Origin: Rhodosorus marinus CCMP1338
Taxonomy: Eukaryota; Plantae; Rhodophyta
DNA: 64,000 nt
Reading direction: 5' to 3'
Assembly (NCBI GenBank): GCA_029953675.1
Contig: JAMWBK010000008.1
Location: 1,922,001 to 1,986,000 of the forward strand
In this document: positions 49,299 to 61,595 of the stretch, in pieces
Layout: each line of letters opens with the position of its first letter
How positions within the stretch are numbered: position 1 is the first letter of the stretch
The notes under the pieces: model-generated
The model's input: the letters and a program-made list of their open reading frames with translations, nothing else
What the model was told of the DNA's origin: nothing
Database searches by the model: none
Made by a program: the position numbers and the translations under genes

Positions 49299-49820
49299 CT
49301 ACTCCATCGCTTCCTCCATCGTTTCCTCCATCGCTTCCTCCATCGCTTCCTCCATCGCTTCCTCCATCGCTTCCTTCAGCGCCTTCTTGCATTTCTTGCA
49401 CTTCTTGCAAACACGCTTACACTTGGACTTCTTTCCCTTCTTCTTCAGGCACTTCAAGCATTTCTTGCAGGCCTTCCTTACCTTTTCAGCTGCCTCTTCG
49501 ACCTCCTCAGGCATCGCCGGCTCGCACTCACCGCAGGTCACCGGGCAAGCCTTCATGACTGCGGAGGATGCGCACTCTTCGACAAGCTCATCCTCGTCAA
49601 ATTCGGCGAGCTCCTTGCAAACCCGCTTGTCCTTGCAAGGCATCTTCTTCTCTTCCTTGACCATTTCGCAGTAATCGGCACATTCCTCCCTGAAATTCTT
49701 GGATCTGCATTTCACCGCTGGGTAGTCCTCGCACACCTTTTCAATCTCTGCGTCCGTCTCACCTGCTTGGACAGCGACAATTGCCGCAGCAACAAATAGA
49801 AAAGCACAAGCAATCTTCAT
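49299..49820 (-). CDS. Secreted ShKT-domain protein, Lys/Glu-rich paralog (173 aa)
   Basis: Signal peptide MKIACAFLFVAAAIVAVQA, a 4-Cys unit, ShKT-type C.D...C...C...MKACPVTCGEC, a Lys-rich 7-Cys block and an (EAME)x6 tail. No intron seen. Confidence 0.85.
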   Translation of the reverse strand: MKIACAFLFVAAAIVAVQAGETDAEIEKVCEDYPAVKCRSKNFREECADYCEMVKEEKKMPCKDKRVCKELAEFDEDELVEECASSAVMKACPVTCGECEPAMPEEVEEAAEKVRKACKKCLKCLKKKGKKSKCKRVCKKCKKCKKALKEAMEEAMEEAMEEAMEETMEEAME

Positions 49821-51093
49821 GTCTGATGTCTGAATGTTCGTCTGTGGTACCTGCTCTGATCCTACAATGCCCTGCCTGCCGAAGTAAGTTCGCTGGAGGT
49901 TGGGTTTGCTCTCCTTCTTATAGTCTGTTGAACAGTACCCCAGCTGGAGGAATTTCTGGAAAGTCACATCACAGGCCTTGCGGTACAAGACATGGCGAAA
50001 GTCTCATTCGCCAACTGTTGACTGAATTTTTGACTTCTCTACTATTCCAAAAAAAAGACGCACAAGAGTCTGTTCATCGAAATAAAATCCTGGCGTTTGC
50101 GTATAGATGAATCCCACAAACCAAAAAGCATATTCTGCTGGTCGATTCCCGCATCCCAAGCCAATGGACTCGTTTCATAATCGTTTCGTCAGGAGGTGGA
50201 TCAATTATTATTGACACGAGCACCAAAAAAAACTCAAAAAACAGTTTGTTGGTTCAGTCGTGAGCCATCCATGCAAAGCTAAGCAGTTCTAGCAAGGGCA
50301 AAATAGGTGAATAGCAAGGGGGCATGTTTTGAGAACAGTCGCGCCGAGTTGTGATTGTACGCTCGCGTGGACAGATCAAGGAGTGGATGGAAGATAAGAA
50401 ATTGCCGGTACGAGTAGCTCAGAGATGAGGAGAAAAAAAGCAGCTGGGATACCTGACAAATGATGGATAGTCTGTCCCTCACCGTGCCCGTACTGGAGGA
50501 GACGGTTGATCAATCAAAGATACCTCTCTGTCATGGGTGTGCTGGTGTGGTGACCTGAGACGCTGAAGCACCGCGTATTTAGTTTTTGGGAGACAAGAGC
50601 CACTAGAACCTTATGATTTGGTTGAGAACGACCATCAACAGGAACAAAATGGTCAGGATCTGGAGACTAGGGGAACTTTTCAATAACGTCGAGTTGTCTG
50701 GTCTGAATCCGATTGATGAATTGCCAGACGGTTGGCGTTTAGTATAGACGAGACTTTCGGAAATATTGGAAGATGATTACAGGAAGACCAAAAAATCAGG
50801 TTAACATCTTCAACTTGCGATGCCGCACCAGAGCAATCTCTCACATGTCCAAGCAATTTGTAGCTTCCATGCATCAGACTATCCCTTGACATGAGCCAAC
50901 CAATATTGTCTCTGCACAAAGTACGTAAATTGAATGAATCCAACAACTGTCGAATGAATTTGTTTCATTGGAGACTGAAAGAAGAAACCCCGAGTGCGGA
51001 AAAAAACAGACTGAGCGCGGCCAAGATCGCGCACGTTCATACGGTGCACAGCAAGAAACTATTAGGGTCGTCATAAGCAATTCGATAATGGCT

Positions 51094-51142
51094 TGGACAA
51101 TTGAACAAGTGCTAGCAGTGCTAGCACTTATTCAATTGTCCA
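51094..51142. repeat. 49-bp near-perfect palindrome (24-bp arms, 1-nt centre)
   Basis: TGGACAATTGAACAAGTGCTAGCA-G-TGCTAGCACTTATTCAATTGTCCA; arms match at 23/24. Confidence 0.95.
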
Positions 51143-51854
51143 GAAAAGTACGGGGTGTCCGATTGAAATTCTTCTAAAAACCCTGTCCGTCCGATAAAAC
51201 GTCCAATATTCATTCAAGGAGAAGCTAGAAGTCAAGCATCTCCGGTTCAGGTATTGAATCATGATTACTTCTCACTTTACCAAGCGGTTATTCTCATGTA
51301 TTGAATAATGGTTACTTATGGATTGGACAGACTGTCATAGACATTTTCAGATGAAGCTGGCGTCCTGAATTTAACCTTAGTGCTGTGATGCAGACCGTTG
51401 GAAGGCCCAGCAAATTCATTCACTCAGCATTCTTGAAAAAGAAAATCCCCTCGGGGTGGACAAAGACGGTTTAAACTCAATCAATATTTGTCATTGATTG
51501 AATAATATCGGACATCAATCGGCTATTATCTGTTCGTTATCCGATGAGGCTTATTTTTGTTTTACAATTCAGGTCTGACTAGCGTATATCGGACAGAGCG
51601 CGAAGCAAAAACGTTATGTTTAACTCGATATTCAGGTATAGTATTCTTATATAGGACTGTCTGGGTTTGAAAAATTCTATGTTTTCACTGACCCATCGGA
51701 TACCAATTTTGTACAATTTCACTCGAATTATTAATTCGAGTCGATCTATCAAGTACAGCAATCCACAAATCCACCAAAGCACTTTTCCGTGCTGAAATTT
51801 AGTCAACTTGGATTGGCTAAAAATTAGAGACAGCATTTTATTGGGCATCCAAAC

Positions 51855-52346
51855 TCACCCGCCGTTTCGTCTGCAGATCGAGATCTGCCTTAGGGTCTCG
51901 TAGGTGGGTAGGTGGGTAGGTAGGTCTCCTTTTTGTAAGGAAACGTAGACGTAGTTCTGGATATTCAAAAAAAGACGGTATGTAGTGTTCTTCGCTCTTT
52001 GGAGTTGAGGGTTTGAGGAATAACTAGGTTTTGAAGCGTAATCCCACCCACCCCAAACCCCAGGCAAAAAACTGTTGAACCGGCCTATACTACGTTTGCT
52101 CGGTTCGGCTCGTGCGTCACGACAAACAGCAGCAAGAGGAAAATGTCTCGGTTCACAATCGACTGGTGAGAGATAGAAATTGATTTCCACATAGAGGTGC
52201 AGCCCGCCATCTGGACTAAAACGAGATACTACTAGAAGATATCCATGATTCGTGTTCATTAAGAAAGAAAACTCTACATCCCGGTTCCGTCCATGTACCT
52301 GTAAAACCCTAAACCCTTGATGGGACTGCGGAATCACTCTGGGCAA
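51855..52346 (-). pseudogene. Possible MATH/TRAF-like domain remnant or orphan ORF
   Basis: 163-aa open frame with no ATG at its start. LVVSRFSPDGGLHLYVEINF...FNSFLPGVWGGWDY resembles a MATH strand pattern. Impression only. Confidence 0.25.
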
Positions 52347-53970
52347 GTGAAAAAAAAGCTAAGCGGCTGGGTCCTTGCATCTTGGCCGCGACGAAAAAAG
52401 GGGAAAACTATTAGCTTCGAGCGCTTCTAGCGTCCTGGCAACATATTCACATCTGAACTCGCCAAAATATTGCTGGCCAGTAAGGAGATGCTACTTTGGT
52501 CGCGACTCTAATTCGATTTTGTTTAACGGAAGGTTTTGCCGGAATGGCACTCCTCAATAGAATTTTTTTTATAGAAAATATTATGCTTTTTGGACGAAAT
52601 TCTCAAGTTGACAAATTGTAACCAGCAAATGGAGCAGTCGATCAACGGACAAGCTTTGTCAATTGAATCTTGAGTTGTGTGACCGCGGAGGCTCGCGGGA
52701 TTTTTTTTGGTTGATTCTATTCGCTTTTGGTTAAGTCTTTGACGGGTTGGTGTGCGTAAATCTGAGCGGTGTGCTCACGACTTTCCATGTACAAGCGGCC
52801 CGTTCATCTTGAAGGCCCACAGGACACGTTGACACTGAATGAGCAGAATCAGAATAAAAACGCACAGTTCCTTAAAAATGGACAGGGTCTCTGCCGTTCG
52901 AATGCTGCCCTGTTGTTGGACGCGCGTCATCATCGTTTCCGCTCCACAGGGTAGATAAACTCTGAATAAATTGTTGCTGCTTACATTGCTCCTGCGGTCC
53001 GGATCTCTTGGGTTTGGCCCAGGGTCCATGGCAAGGTAACCTACGTACCTTTTGTTAAGGCCGTGAGAATCGTGATGACGCTTGTTGTCGCCACCAATTT
53101 CTGGGCTCGTATCATTCCTGAGAGACCTCCGAACGAGATGCCGCACGAATTACATTCTGAGTGAGCATTTGAACCGAATTGGCTACAGTCTGTCGAAGTC
53201 GAATCGGAGCTACCTCGACCAGCGTCGGCTCGCACCCCCCTGATTGCAGACCTCCTGGTTTTTGGGCCAGCCGCCAGACGCTCAGAATGGTCGAACTCGC
53301 CGTCACTTGCCCATTGTTAAGTACCCATGTCCGATCTGCTGCCCTACGCAGGGTTGCACCAGCTGCTATTCTTCGCCGACAGAAGGAGCGCCGGTACACT
53401 GAGAGCATGGCCAATCTCCCCCGAGCTGAGGGCGGGGCGCAAAGTTTTCAGCCCTTCTTGTGGAAAGCTTTGATCTCCTGGATAATTCAATTGTGAGGTT
53501 GTGTCGTAAATGTTTTCACTGACGGTTGACTGTCGCGTTACGGAGATATTCTAGCAGCATGGTAGCCCTGAGGCTCGCCACCTCCGCATTGGTCAGAGCG
53601 CTTTCATCACTGGTTCCTAGTTTGTATTGCACTTTGCGCTTAAGCCTGTTTTAGTAACACCACCGCATGGTCCCCGCGCGAAGTCAAGCTTGCTCTGGTA
53701 GTTTTGGTACCTGAAAATGGACCGAGTGAGAAGGAAATGGTCACAAACAATCCAGACAACAAAATGTGGGTTTCAATTCTGTACTCAATGATAGTTTTGA
53801 GCACAAAACAGGCACCATTGCTCGGGGAAGAAGCAGGGAGCTTGATTGAATGAGTGCGTTTATTCGGAGATCAAAAAAAACCCGAGGGAAAAAAAAAGGA
53901 CTACGAAAGGCGCAAATCATTGTGGCGTTTGTTGCCTGCTCATGGACACAAACTATGAGGTCGTGGCGAG

Positions 53971-53982
53971 CTAATCATCTCT

Positions 53983-54017
<35 letters not shown>

Positions 54018-54121
54018 GACGCCAGCGGCAACGCCTGCAGATCGACCTGCACCTCTTCGGGCGCCTATTCCTCCTGCATCTGTTGCACCTCCTGCGGCAA
54101 CGGCGTCCCCTGCGACGGCCA

Positions 54122-54168
<47 letters not shown>

Positions 54169-54293
54169 ATCATCGTCATCGTCGTCGTCATCGTCGTCGC
54201 GATCCCTTCCACCACGTTCGCGGTCATCATCCTTGTCATCGTCGGCGGCACGAATTGCAGTGCGACAACGCACGTCCTCGTCATCGTCATCAT

Positions 54294-54325
<32 letters not shown>

Positions 54326-54708
54326 TCGTCGTCATCGTCGTCGTCGTCGTCATCGTCGTCATCGTCGTCGACATGAGTTACGGAGAAGTTTTCGAGGTCA
54401 TCATCGTTGTCATCGTCATCGTCATCGTCGTCGTCATCTGGGCAAAGGTCACACATATTGGGACAGCTGCGGGCAAATCTTGCACTTTTTTTGCACCTTC
54501 TTTCTATCTCATCGTCGTCATCTCCACCGAAGCGTCTACTGCACCATCCTTTGTCGACACAGGGCTTTCCGCAGTATCCGGGACATAGCTCTTTGAATGC
54601 CGCTTCATCGCACATCACCATCGGGTAGTCATCGCACTCAACCTCGTCAGCTCTGACCGCTACGGCGAGCAGAGCCAAGGCCAAGAAAGCCACAGACAGC
54701 CTTTTCAT
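53971..54708 (-). CDS. Secreted ShKT-domain protein, Arg/Asp-rich paralog with poly-Asp tracts (245 aa)
   Basis: Signal peptide MKRLSVAFLALALLAVAVRA, the same Cys scaffold as 49299..49820, three long poly-D runs encoded by mixed GAC/GAT, and an Arg-rich 6-Cys block. TATAAA lies ~145 nt upstream. Confidence 0.88.
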
Positions 54709-57700
54709 GGTTCACAGCCCAAAATCCGCGTATTTCCTTGTCTCCTCCAAGTGTTCTTGAAATTCTTTTCCGCGCCTTTGTACTTCCTCTTCCTCCCTTT
54801 GACTCTGGTTACCAACAAACACCCAGCTAACCTGGCGAGTTCGAGGACCTTTATAGCCTCCCCGCGTTGTAGGGAGCTTCAGATTGAAGTATCCAGGAAC
54901 CGCACTGGCAAGGTTGTATCCCGAAGATATGGGTTTAAGTTCAAGCACGAACTGAACGTGGTATACGAGAGATTGCTACCCTTCCGAATTCATCTTGCAT
55001 CGTTGAAAACACACAAACAGATTTGCTGGAAACTAATACACGCTAGCCACTGAATAGTAAAAACGGCAACTGAAACAACTTCGACCTCATCTCGCCACAG
55101 TGGGAAAATCCCTCGCCCCTGTTTGAAATGGAGCACCCCCTTCCGAGCAGAAACAATCTATCATCTTTCTTTTCCCTTCTCTTCAAGAGAACCACCCACA
55201 CAGCCTGGAAACAAGTTTTTCGGGAATGTTTGGGTACTTTGGTTGCCGCAGCAATCCTGGGATATCATTTGGACAAACTTTTTGATATCAACCTTCCGCC
55301 ATTTGATTTTCCGCAATTTTTGAGAGCTTCCAGTTATTTCCGTTGTTTGTAGTTTGTTTTTAGAAACAATTTTAATTTGCAAGGTCAATTTAGATGTAAA
55401 ATTGTTCATCATTCATTTGTTGTTTCCTTGCGTGGACCTGAACCTGTTTTTCCTTCTCTTTTTTGTCGAAGTTTTTTGATTGTTCAGAGGATGACTTTCC
55501 TCAGATTTTTTTTTCGTTTCAAAATTTCTGTTTATTTGGCTCAGCGAAAGTTTGAAAACTAATTGTTTCTAGATTTCTTCATTGCACTGCCTCGGCAAAA
55601 AATTTCCCAATCGATTCAGAACGGATGTGATTTTTAGCATATTTTGGGAAATCTGTGTGCGACCTTTCTATCCACGGTGTCAGCCATTTGGATGTGAAGC
55701 TCAACCTTCATTGGTCAAACGTATTGTAAATAGATGATTTTTCTGGGGTTTCTTTTTAATTCAACGAATTTCCATTGGATTGTTGAGTACATCAATCTGA
55801 ATAAATTCATGTAGAGGATTCCTGGAGATGGCGGCGAATGGGTGGGACCTCGCCCGATGGTGGGAGCTAAACAAAACAAAAGCTGTGTGGGAATCTTTGT
55901 TGTACGTGACTACTGGCGGTGGGATTGGAGATCAGTGCTAGGTACAGAGAGAATTCTTTGTGTTGTTTTACATACAAGGGTCGAATGGTCATTACCCTTA
56001 CAATGGCTCAGACCCCTGTTCCAGGCGTTTCTCTCTGGCTCCGGTTTTTCGTTGGGCTGTAGCTCGTACCGATTAGGGTACGCCACAATAATCGTCTGCA
56101 TATTATGGTCTATTGGACTGAACAGAGTGGATGACATCCTTCCCACGCATTCACCACTCCGTATATTGACCTCTTGTGCTAAGCGCGCAGAGCCCAGCTC
56201 ACGATTTGGACGACTGCATGAAAATTCACGACTTCGGCCGCTGTCTCTCACTTAGTTCTTGATTTTTGGTGACTCCGTAAATCGGAATACCCTTGTCTGG
56301 ATCGTTCATTTAAGCTCCGACTTCCAATTGACCACGAGTCCTACCGGGACGGTTCGCGCTTGAGGCGATAAACTCGAGCAACTCTAGGTGGGTTGCTGGA
56401 TGGGTAGGGTTTGTGACAAGTTATCTTTCTCAAACCAGGGCTACTTTCAGTAGGTCCTCAATCAAATGAACACGTCGAGGCAGGTGTATCGACCAATCAG
56501 TCACGTATCCAAACCAAGATTGCCGATCGGGTGCTTCATTCTGGCGGGAAGCACCTAGAATACTACTGCTTATGATAGGATAGCTCATCGTATGACTTGT
56601 ACAGACGCTTTCCATGATATGTACGTGGCTTTTAACCAGATTCGCCCTCAAATTTTCGCATTTTAGGCGCTGCATTCAACGCACTACGATGACTTGGACC
56701 TATTGAACTTGTGTCCACGGGTTTGAATTGTCAAGGCAGATGCTCCAATATTCTACGTGGTTTCCCACTCCGTTGGCGCAGCACTAATAACTTTGGAAGG
56801 CAATCTACAGCTAATCGGTGGTAAAAGCGTTGTCGGCTGCCTTTTACTCCGCGAAACATCTATTCGGAGCCAAATGAGGGCGCGAACGTGGGACGCAATA
56901 CGGCAGTATAACGGATCTTTTAGTTAGACTCGTATAAAGAGACCATAATATATGCGGATACTTCAAGGAAGTGACTCATATATATGCGCAGTTTTTGGTA
57001 CGAGGACATCAGTGTTTCAACGTTCCTACCCACCCCTGGCCAGATTTCCTTTTTAAACGCGAATAGGGTCACCGTTCCAACAACCCTTGGGATCCATTGA
57101 GGTTAATGAATCGCTGACTTATAAGGGGTACTCGCACCTCCGCTGCAGTTTTCAATACGTGGAAGGACTGCCTAATGCTACGGTGGACGGGGGTAGTTTC
57201 CGTTGTGTATCTAGGCGGTCAATGACGGACAAGGTTTTTGGCCTTTCCCATGACGGACCAGCTCCCTTCATGTCTCCTTCGCTTGGAAAGCGTTACCAGT
57301 TAATCTGATATTTCTCTGAAGCATATAGTGTCATTGAATTCAAGACTTTTACAGTGCGCGTATCCCTTTCACCGATGAATCGCACGGACGTTCTGCAGGT
57401 TCCCATGCGTCGGGATAAGGAATTACGGTCTGTGCGTTCGAGAATTTACGGCTCCACAATGAATGTCCAGCACAATCTGAATTGCTCGATAGTCACTCTG
57501 TGTCCAGTCAAGCTCCGAATAGAAACCTGAGGTTCACTCCATTGTCCCCCCGAAGCTTTTCATATGGCAGTCACAAGGGTTGAACACTATCCAATCTCCT
57601 TTCACGACAAGCTAGGCATGGAAGAATTTCGTCCGTTCGGAATCACAATCAGGGACCTAGTGGTTATGGTGACTTAGCCGCTAAACCAAACACCAGTCAA

Positions 57701-58989
57701 AGGGTTGGCAAACCCACACACCGTAGGAGCTACAACGTGGTTTTAAGGATGGATGGATGAATTGCTTTTAAGAATCTTGCTAAAACTTGTTAATTAGAGC
57801 CAATCCTCGCGTTTAGGAGAGTGCTTATCCAGTAAACTAAGGAGAGGATGAAGATTCCCCAAGGCCGACAAAAATTCTGAAGTCCGCGGGTTGTTTCCCT
57901 TTCGTGGCGGTTTCAAAGATCCATCGCGAAGATCACCGCCACCCATCGCTCAACGATGTTCAAGTCACCATTGATCGTTAATGCGGATCGGTACAGATGC
58001 TTCCTTTTCGTTCGCTTCAGAGGACCGGTAGGACGGTGCACGATAGGAAACGTGGCGCAGGTGAATGATTGGAGTTCGACTTGGCCCTTGCCCGTGCAGC
58101 GTTCTGGTGATTGCATAACATCCTTACAACTTACTTACTCGAGCGTCGATGTGCACCTCTCCGAACGTACAGGTCCGTTTTGTAGTCCTCCACCCCCAAT
58201 TACAGAAACCCCGTTGAGCAATATTTGGCGAGACCCGGCCAGTGGCGTGAGACCCTGTGGATAGCCATTCATCTTCAGTAGATTCCCAGCAAACTCTGAA
58301 TTTTCCCATATGAAATCCGCCAAGCTTAGACCGAAATAAGCGGAGAAAAATGTAACCCGCGGGGCCCAGATACCGAGGCTGCCCCACTACTTTCCCAGGG
58401 ATTCAGTCAGAAAGACCGAGTCCTTGTTGATCAGGTCCCTCATTGGTTCTGCGCCACTCGAAACCCTCCACGAGTTTCACGCAGCTGAGTAAAAACCCTA
58501 AAAACCGTTACTGTAGATTGTTGTAAATTGAGAATATTTTTGGAGTCTGTTGCTTGTGAATGAATGTGTAACTTGTGAAATGCACTGAACGAAAAAAAAA
58601 GTTCTGTTTTTGGTAGTGATAGCCAACGTTGAGGATGTGGAACTGGGTTGCACTGGACTGAGGACGAGATTGCCGGAGCACCCGAGGAGGGGGTTGGGAG
58701 AGCTCTATTCCTGAATGAGTGGAGTAGTCATTGGGAACTACCCTCGCTGCATAAGCACGAAGCTCGAAGCCTGACATGTAGACTACTAGTCCGATGCCGT
58801 AGAAAGTGAAGAAGAGACCCTTTCCCTAAAAGCGGCAGCTAGACAGCCTCAGTATAACCCAGACGTCCCCTCACAAACACGTGGAAATCAACACTGCACA
58901 TGGCTTCCTGTCCGGGAGGGCTTGTGAGAATGCTCTCTCTGTATAAACAGACTTCCAGGCCGGGAAGAACAAGCCAAAACAGGAGACGC

Positions 58990-59622
58990 CCTCTATACAT
59001 TATGCTCTGTGCAAGGCGAGAGGAAACTAATACGCATGCGCTTACACGCAGCCATGGAGGAAGTAGCAAAGCCGGTACTCGCCAAGATGTCTGTCGGGAT
59101 GATGCACTAGTCAAGCCTAGTGCATACTGCCTTTCTTTGCTGACCTGTTATCCCGTGAACTTCGGCCTATAGTACGGCACGCCGGCTTTGAAATCGAGAA
59201 GCCCTGCCTGTTGCAGCCTACTACGTTGATGAACGTCGAGTGGCTGACCTCGTGGTCACCTGTAACGTTAGCCGGCGCGACGTACGTTGATCTTGCTGTT
59301 CCTAATCCTCTGCTAGTCGCTATTTACCGGTTCCGGGAGTGCCGTGGATTGCCGCTGCCAGTATGAGATGTCACGAAGAGTTGAAAAAGTGCGGGGGTCT
59401 TGTCTTCCCCAGGCATACGTGCTTCGGCTCTAGCTCATCGCCTGGTACCTCTGGTAATTTGAGTGCTTTGGGTTTACGGATTCCGTTGGTTCTCGTTGGC
59501 CTGGGGAATTCTTCCACAAACACCCTGATCGTCTGTCCTCGTTGTGTACCCGTTTAAGTTTCTTGCTGTGGCGCATGAACTCTCCTTTGATGTTGGAGGC
59601 GCGATATCTTCGCCGCGCATAG
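58990..59622 (+). mobile_element. Second, more decayed CRE/SLACS-like LINE 3' end (zinc-knuckle remnant plus REL)
   Basis: Across frameshifts: HALTRSHGG...TRQD, RRVADLVV, TYVDLAVPNP, SRYLP...AAASMR, and ECFGFTDSVGSRW...HPDRLSSLCTRLSFLLWRMNS. Collinear with the ORF at 16508..16930. Confidence 0.75.
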
Positions 59623-60933
59623 TCTTTTTTCTTTCAGTCTCCGATTTAACTGAATTCATTCGCTCTTGACCGCAGGGAGCGGCTTGGAAACACACCGAAC
59701 ATAGAACGTTTATCCACCCTGAGGAACCATAGAATTCCCACTCATGCCCTAACGTCTCAGCGTGGTGTAATTCTGAAAACGACAGGAAACGAAGTATATG
59801 CCTGCGCTTCCGCTTCCGAAAGCATTAATTTCTTGCACTCAAAATCGGAATATCGCAGTGTTCTGCATTCGAAGATGTGCGGTCTCATAAACATTGGTGT
59901 GTGTCCCCAGCTCTAGGAGCACGACTGCGTCAGCAGCGTCTTTCCTAGTTGTTAGGACTTCACCATAGGTACGGGATATGGATTCGAAACCAGTAGCGCT
60001 GCCGCGAGCGACGAGAGAAGATGACCTGAGCGTGATTCAAGTACTACCTCATCAAGATTCAACACCTTGGATGGCGGTGACCGTGGTATCCGGAGTAAGA
60101 AGTTCCGGGTCAGCGTCAAAGCTTCTGTGGTGCGGTTCGCGGAGGGGCCATATAGAGCGTAGCAGTCAACCGGCGAGAACCTTTGCCGGGTGAGGAGCTG
60201 AGAAGCCCTTCTTCAGCTATGTTTCGTTCTTCTGGCACAGGGATACTGTCGATGTTATATCGCTTCTGGCTCTCCGTTGTCGGTGCACGTTTTGGAGACT
60301 CTGTCTGATCGCTGATCTACACGTCACCCTGGTCACCGCATGGTCAGTTTGCTCAAGAGCAGCTGTTGATGCTAATTTAAACAGTCTTCTCAACGTGGCT
60401 GGCTCTAAACGCACAGTAGAATTGGGCCTTGACCGACACTAGATACGAAGAAGTGAACTCGTCGCTGTCATGAATAGTTATTCATCGCAAACCTTGAGCG
60501 AAGAAACTCATGATCAGTTAAGCCTTCCTCCCAGTTTGCATCATTACCTGTGCGTAAAGTCACAAGGCAGTGTTTGACCATTCTGTTCTGATTCTCTGAA
60601 TAAGTCGAGTGTATTAATAGCACTTAGCACCTTTGTGTGGTTGGTAAAGTCCCCGCGCTCAGCTTCCAACCCGGCATAATGACGCCCCTTCTGGTTCTTG
60701 GCAGAAATGAAAACCGACCCTATTCGACTTCCCCTAATCGTGAGTGTTCGTACTCTGCAAACGCCGTTCCAAGATCGGTGAAGTTTAGGGAGGTCAAAGC
60801 ACCTTTGCGGAATCGCCGCTCAAGTTTGGAATAGCAAGGACCCTCTCAACCGCTGAAACCATCATCCGTCCACATTCTCATCGGTGTACAAGGTTTAACA
60901 ACGTCAGGGTTGGTCTGGAGTTACGACACAATG

Positions 60934-61595
60934 TCATTCCTGCGTTCCGTCTTCATCCTCCGCGTTGTCCTCAATAACATCCTCGAAAATCTCATGATGA
61001 TCATTTCCTTGAGACTGTTCAAAAATTTCATCCCATCTATTTGCAGCATCTTCACTCCCAGTAAACGCCTCATCGCGCTAAAAGCACAGGAGGAACAAGA
61101 CATCGGATTTTTGAGCAAGGCCATTTGGTTGGGCAGGCCTGTTTTTAGTTTTCAATATACGATACTAACCTCGTCTTCGCTGTGATCGTTCGCAAGAGCT
61201 GAGCAACTACACATGATGTCGAATATGTTCTCCAGAAGAGCAGCAGGGGGTGCAAAGTAGACATCATGAACCTCCTCGTCTTCATCTTCACCATCAATTT
61301 GAAAATAAATACAGGCGCGGTCGAAATATTCGTTCGACATCATTGTTGCAAGCATCGAAATATCAGAGAAGCTATAGCTCTCCTTCAGACTGTCATCCCA
61401 AAAGTAAACGCTGCTCGTGGTGACCACTACTGTAATCATTCTTGGCTCCCCACCGTCCTCAGAGACCCATCCAACTTCCCCTAGACATGCTCTCACTTCT
61501 TCATCGGAAGGGAGATCAAGGCCATCCAAAGCTCTCCTTCCACCTTCTATAAGCGGAACTTCCATCCTCCTCCGTTTCTCTCCGTTTTCAGTCAT
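60934..61595 (-). CDS. CLNS1A: ICln / methylosome subunit (Voldacs domain), 2 exons
   Basis: VVTTSSVYFW...ISMLAT...RACIYFQID-acidic-VYFAPP...LENIFDIMCSCSALAND. An in-phase GT-AG intron leads to an acidic last exon ending EDEDGTQE*. Confidence 0.8.

Noticed and set aside
49821-49988. 56-aa N-terminal extension of the K/E ShKT ORF
   Set aside because: The downstream ATG starts a clean signal peptide that matches the paralog's start, and a TATA-like CTATAA lies inside the extension.
52775-53496. Overlapping 100-123-aa ORFs upstream of the poly-Asp gene's 3' end
   Set aside because: No recognisable motif or consistent splice model, so I could not support a call.
53850-54596. 248-aa His/Arg-repeat ORF on + and the poly-Ser/poly-Thr ORFs
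   Set aside because: Shadow frames of the GAC/GAT poly-Asp tracts. The minus frame has the signal peptide and the conserved Cys scaffold.
10637-54708. Toxin-target pairing of the ShKT proteins with the K+ channel
   Set aside because: The genes are 36-40 kb apart with many unrelated genes between, and most ShKT domains are not channel toxins. The sequence gives no support.
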